Below, in pieces: positions 60,600-64,000 of a DNA stretch of 64,000 bases. The DNA comes from an uncultured delta proteobacterium (lineage in GTDB: Bacteria > Myxococcota_A > Polyangia > Polyangiales > Polyangiaceae), in contig CAWDXG010000004.1 in assembly GCA_963806225.1 (NCBI GenBank), forward strand, positions 2,848,001 to 2,912,000, in the 5' to 3' direction. Position 1 is the first letter of the stretch, and each line of letters starts with the position of its first letter. Under the pieces are notes generated by a model. That model did no database searches, was not told where the DNA came from, and worked only from the letters and a program-made list of their open reading frames with translations. Made by a program: the position numbers and the translations under genes.

Positions 60600-60850
60600 A
60601 GAACCCGTCGGTTTCCGGCGGGCTGCGCCTCGATCGAGTCGAGGAGCTTCACGCTGCCGATGCCGATGTCCTGCTCGCAGTAGCTGGCGGTGCAACCGGC
60701 GAAGTAGACGTTCTTGCTCTCCGTGGTACACGGTGTGCCCTCGACCGCGAGCGGGACGGCGTCGGCTGGATCCTGTGTGGCTGCGGCGCAGTAGACAGTG
60801 TCGGAACCGCCGTATTCGGGCAGGACGCCCCCCGTATTGCAGATCTGGCG
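60600..60850 (-). pseudogene. Fragment of a Cys-containing secreted protein
   Basis: QICNTGGVLPEYGGSDTVYC...CTASYCEQD looks protein-like but has no start or signal peptide. Confidence 0.3.
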
Positions 60851-61848
60851 CTGCGGGGAGCTCGAGGGCCTGCTGGGAGAGCACATCTACCGGGCACCGC
60901 TTGGGGGACGAGGCTACGCTCCCTTTGTCGAGCACGTTCGGCGCGAAACCGGTGCACAGCATGCAGGGCTGTGGGCAGCTCATCGCGAGGCCGGCACGCT
61001 CGTGCTGGAGGGGCTGCACGATGGTGCACGCATCGAGCTTCTGCCAGACGCGGCCGTGCCGCACTCGTTCCTGCTGTTCGATGCCCGGGGTCTTTCCTTG
61101 TAGGCTGACCACCGGCAGGGTCGGGGTGGCTTGGGACGGCGCGGCGCGTGCGCTGTTCAGGCGGATCGCGCCACACCTCGAACGCTCGCTCCAGAGCTAC
61201 CGGCGCATTCTCCGGCTGGAGTCCGAGCGCCGCGCTCTGGCCGGCGTGCTGGATCGGATCGCTGCGGCCGTCGTGCTGCTCGACGAGCGCGGGACCGTTA
61301 CCGCCACCAACGCGACGGCTGCGCGCCTGCTGGCGTCGAGCTCCGAGCTCGCCATTCGCGCGGGCAGGCTCGAGGCGCGGCGGCGCAGCGACACGCTGCG
61401 CATCGCGCGGGCGATCGAACGGGCCAGGCCTTCCCCGGAGGCGCAACCGAGCGGCGTGATCACTCTGCGCTCCGCGTCCGATGAGCGCCGCCTCTCGCTC
61501 GTGGTCGTGCCCCCACGTCTGCCAGACGGTGCGATAGCGGTCTTCATCAACGATCCCGAGCAGGTGCCGTTGCCGGACGGCGGGACACTGCGCGAGCTGT
61601 ACGGCCTGACCCGGGCCGAATCACGGCTAGCAGGTCTGTTGGCGCGGGGGCTGTCGGTGCAGCAGGCGGCCGCGTCGCTGAGCATCTCCGAACACACCGC
61701 GCGCAACCATCTCAAGGCTGCCCTTGCCGAGACGGGTACGAGTCGTCAGGGAGCGCTCGTGGGTGCTGTGCTCGCAGCTGCGCTGCCTGTCGCGAGTATC
61801 AACGACCCGGTTGGCACGACCGTGCATGTCGGACACGCGTCGTTGTGA
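60837..61848 (+). CDS. LuxR-type HTH regulator with a PAS-like domain (+1 frameshift at about 61085-61100; start uncertain)
   Basis: C-terminal LYGLTRAESRLA.LLARG.S....A..L.IS..TARNHLK....ETGTSRQ. PHLERSL...LDRIAAAVVLLDERG in the middle. The N-terminal LLGEHIYRAPL segment lies in the preceding frame. Confidence 0.75.
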
Positions 61849-61994
61849 GCAGCGATTGATCGACGTCAACGGACGCGCGTAGTTCTCGCACGACGCGCGT
61901 CCGCCCACAGCAACGTGTGCGCGTTCCGGACACCCGGGCGGGCAGGAATTCCGAAGTCCGCGACCGGCACAGCGAATGCATTTCGTGTGGGGCG

Positions 61995-64000
61995 ATGTCG
62001 GGCCATAGCTGGGGCTTTGGCACACGCCTGTTTGGGCTGCTCGCGGGGGCGTGCATACTACTTTCCGGGACACTCGCGGTCGCGTGGACGCCGATCTCCC
62101 CACACGACGACCCGCTGGTGCGCATGCCAGGCTCGCAGCCCGCTGACGGCGTGGCGGTCGAGGCGCCGGACCGCTGCCTCAACTGCCACGACAACTATGA
62201 CCCGGCGATCGATCCCGGCTCGCACTGGCTCGGCTCGATGATGGCGCAGGCCGCCCGCGATCCGCTGTTCTGGTCGGCGCTGGCCGTGTCGGCGCAGGAC
62301 TCGATCTGGGCGCTCGGGCGCCCGAACGCGACCGACCTGTGCCTGCGCTGCCACTCGCCCGGCGGCTGGCTCGGCGGGCGTTCGGATCCGACGAATGGCT
62401 CCGCGCTCAGGACTGCCGACTTCGACGGCGTGCAGTGCGATGTCTGCCATCGCGCGGTCGACCCGTTCTTCCAGCAGACCTGGGCGGGCACCCGCGACGG
62501 CAACGACTGGGCCGGCTACTGGGACGAGACGAACCAGAGCTCGACGCCGTCGAACGCGGCCGCAACCCTGACGCTCCAGGCGGATCAGAGTGTGGCCGCG
62601 ACCGTGATGCTGTTCGACGGCGACCCGGGCTACGACGCGAACAGCTGGCTACCGGCTCTCGCCGGCTGGACGGAAAACGGCGGCGGCCAGTACGTCATCT
62701 CGGGAACGCGCGACAAGCGCGCGTCGTTTGCCGACGCAAAACCCAAGCATGGCTTCTACTACAGCCGCTACCACAAGAGCCGCTTCTTCTGCGAAACCTG
62801 CCACGACGTCTCGAACCCCGCCCTCCTGAACCTGGCCTACGGCGGCACCGCGCCGGGCGACGGCGCGACAGTGCTGCCGTCGGAGCAGCAGCCGGCGTAC
62901 TCCTACTTCCACGTCGAGCGGACCTTCTCCGAGTTCCGGCTCTCGGCGTACGGCACCGGCGAAGGCGCGTTCGGGACCGGGTACTACGACCCGTCGACCT
63001 TCTCGACCTCGCGGCCTGGAAACCGCATCGCCACGTGCCAGGACTGCCACATGCCCGACCGCGTCGGCCACGGCTGCAACAAGTCGGGCGTGCTGCTCCG
63101 GCCAACGGAGAGCGTGGAACATCTCAAGAGCGGCCATCCGCTCCACGATCTCACCGGCGGCAACATGCTGATGCCGCGCATCCTGGCCAGCACCGTCACC
63201 GGCTCGCCGAACTACGACGCCACCAATGCGGCACTCTTATCGCAGGGGCCCGCCGTGCTCACGCTCGATCTGACGCAGGGGCTGCCGCTCGACGCGAACG
63301 CCCTACTGGCAGCGTCGTCGCGCGCGCTCGACAACCTGCAGCGCGCCGCGACCATCGAGGGGCTCGCCTACAACTCCACAACCGGCGCGCTCTCGTTCCG
63401 CGTCGTGAACCACACCGGCCACAAGCTCATCTCCGGCTACCCGGAAGGGCGGCGTATGTTCGTCGACGTGCGCGCCTACCAGAGCGGGCAGATCGTGCAC
63501 GAGGTAAACCCGTACGACGACACCGCCGGCACGCTCAAGGGGCTCGGTACGGCGTCGAGCCCGGCGCTCGGCTCGAACGAGGAGTACCGCGACGACCTGG
63601 TATACGAGGAGCGCTCGGCGAGTTCGCTGACCGGCGAGACGCACAGCTTCCACTTCGTCCTGGCCGACGGGCGCTACAAGGACAACCGCATTCCGCCACT
63701 GGGCTTCCGCATCGCACAAGCCACGGCACGCCTGGCACAGCCGGTGTGGAACGGCGTGTCGCGGACGGACTACTTCACGGCGGCGGAGTACGCGGGCGGC
63801 TACGACGCGGTCTCGCTCACGATGCCGGCCGGAGCGGACGGAGTCGAGGTCAGCCTGTACTACCAGACCACCAGCCGCGAGTTCGTGGAGTTTCTGCGGG
63901 ACGAGATCAACGGCACGGGCGGCACGCTGTCGTCGCCCACTCCTTCCGGCGAAACGTCGGCGTACATCGCGCAGAGCGATGCGTTCTTCTCGGGCCTCAA
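61995..64000 (+). CDS. Exported multiheme cytochrome c, runs off the right edge
   Basis: Absent from the ORF track because it has no stop. ATG at 61995, signal peptide, five CxxCH motifs (CLNCH, CLRCH, CDVCH, CETCH, CQDCH), WLGSMMAQAARDP and NHTGHKLISGYPEGRR. Confidence 0.9.
   Translation, partial: MSGHSWGFGTRLFGLLAGACILLSGTLAVAWTPISPHDDPLVRMPGSQPADGVAVEAPDRCLNCHDNYDPAIDPGSHWLGSMMAQAARDPLFWSALAVSAQDSIWALGRPNATDLCLRCHSPGGWLGGRSDPTNGSALRTADFDGVQCDVCHRAVDPFFQQTWAGTRDGNDWAGYWDETNQSSTPSNAAATLTLQADQSVAATVMLFDGDPGYDANSWLPALAGWTENGGGQYVISGTRDKRASFADAKPKHGFYYSRYHKSRFFCETCHDVSNPALLNLAYGGTAPGDGATVLPSEQQPAYSYFHVERTFSEFRLSAYGTGEGAFGTGYYDPSTFSTSRPGNRIATCQDCHMPDRVGHGCNKSGVLLRPTESVEHLKSGHPLHDLTGGNMLMPRILASTVTGSPNYDATNAALLSQGPAVLTLDLTQGLPLDANALLAASSRALDNLQRAATIEGLAYNSTTGALSFRVVNHTGHKLISGYPEGRRMFVDVRAYQSGQIVHEVNPYDDTAGTLKGLGTASSPALGSNEEYRDDLVYEERSASSLTGETHSFHFVLADGRYKDNRIPPLGFRIAQATARLAQPVWNGVSRTDYFTAAEYAGGYDAVSLTMPAGADGVEVSLYYQTTSREFVEFLRDEINGTGGTLSSPTPSGETSAYIAQSDAFFSGL

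Overview
GC-rich window that looks like Myxococcota (Polyangiaceae-like), judged from a MYXO-CTERM tail, Gly-rich lipoproteins and AgmX/PglI-type domains. From left to right it contains: (1) a minus-strand run of hybrid kinase, kaiC-kaiB-PAS hybrid kinase, a small basic protein and GT4-fusion/GT4/GH5 genes; (2) secreted and Cys-rich proteins, an EAL phosphodiesterase, an orphan YhhC-like 2OG-Fe(II) oxygenase and cysS; (3) a coupled pair of very large FecR-VIT-vWA-AgmX/TonB_C-like-TPR paralogs; (4) signalling genes, a WGR-like/PP2C fusion and a PHP metallohydrolase; (5) an anaerobic redox island of about 12 kb. The island carries a Crp/Fnr regulator, an FNR-like box, FmdE-TauE-beta-barrel, korAB and a rubrerythrin-like gene. 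These converge on a cooF-cooS-cooC-FAD/NAD oxidoreductase operon whose Ni-CODH has the CxxC (Desulfovibrio-type, [2Fe-2S]) D-cluster motif and a candidate sigma54 promoter. A LuxR regulator and a multiheme cytochrome follow. Several genes are broken by single +1 base duplications that are probably sequencing errors. I saw no rRNA, tRNA or CRISPR array. All family calls come from motif recognition by eye, not database searches.
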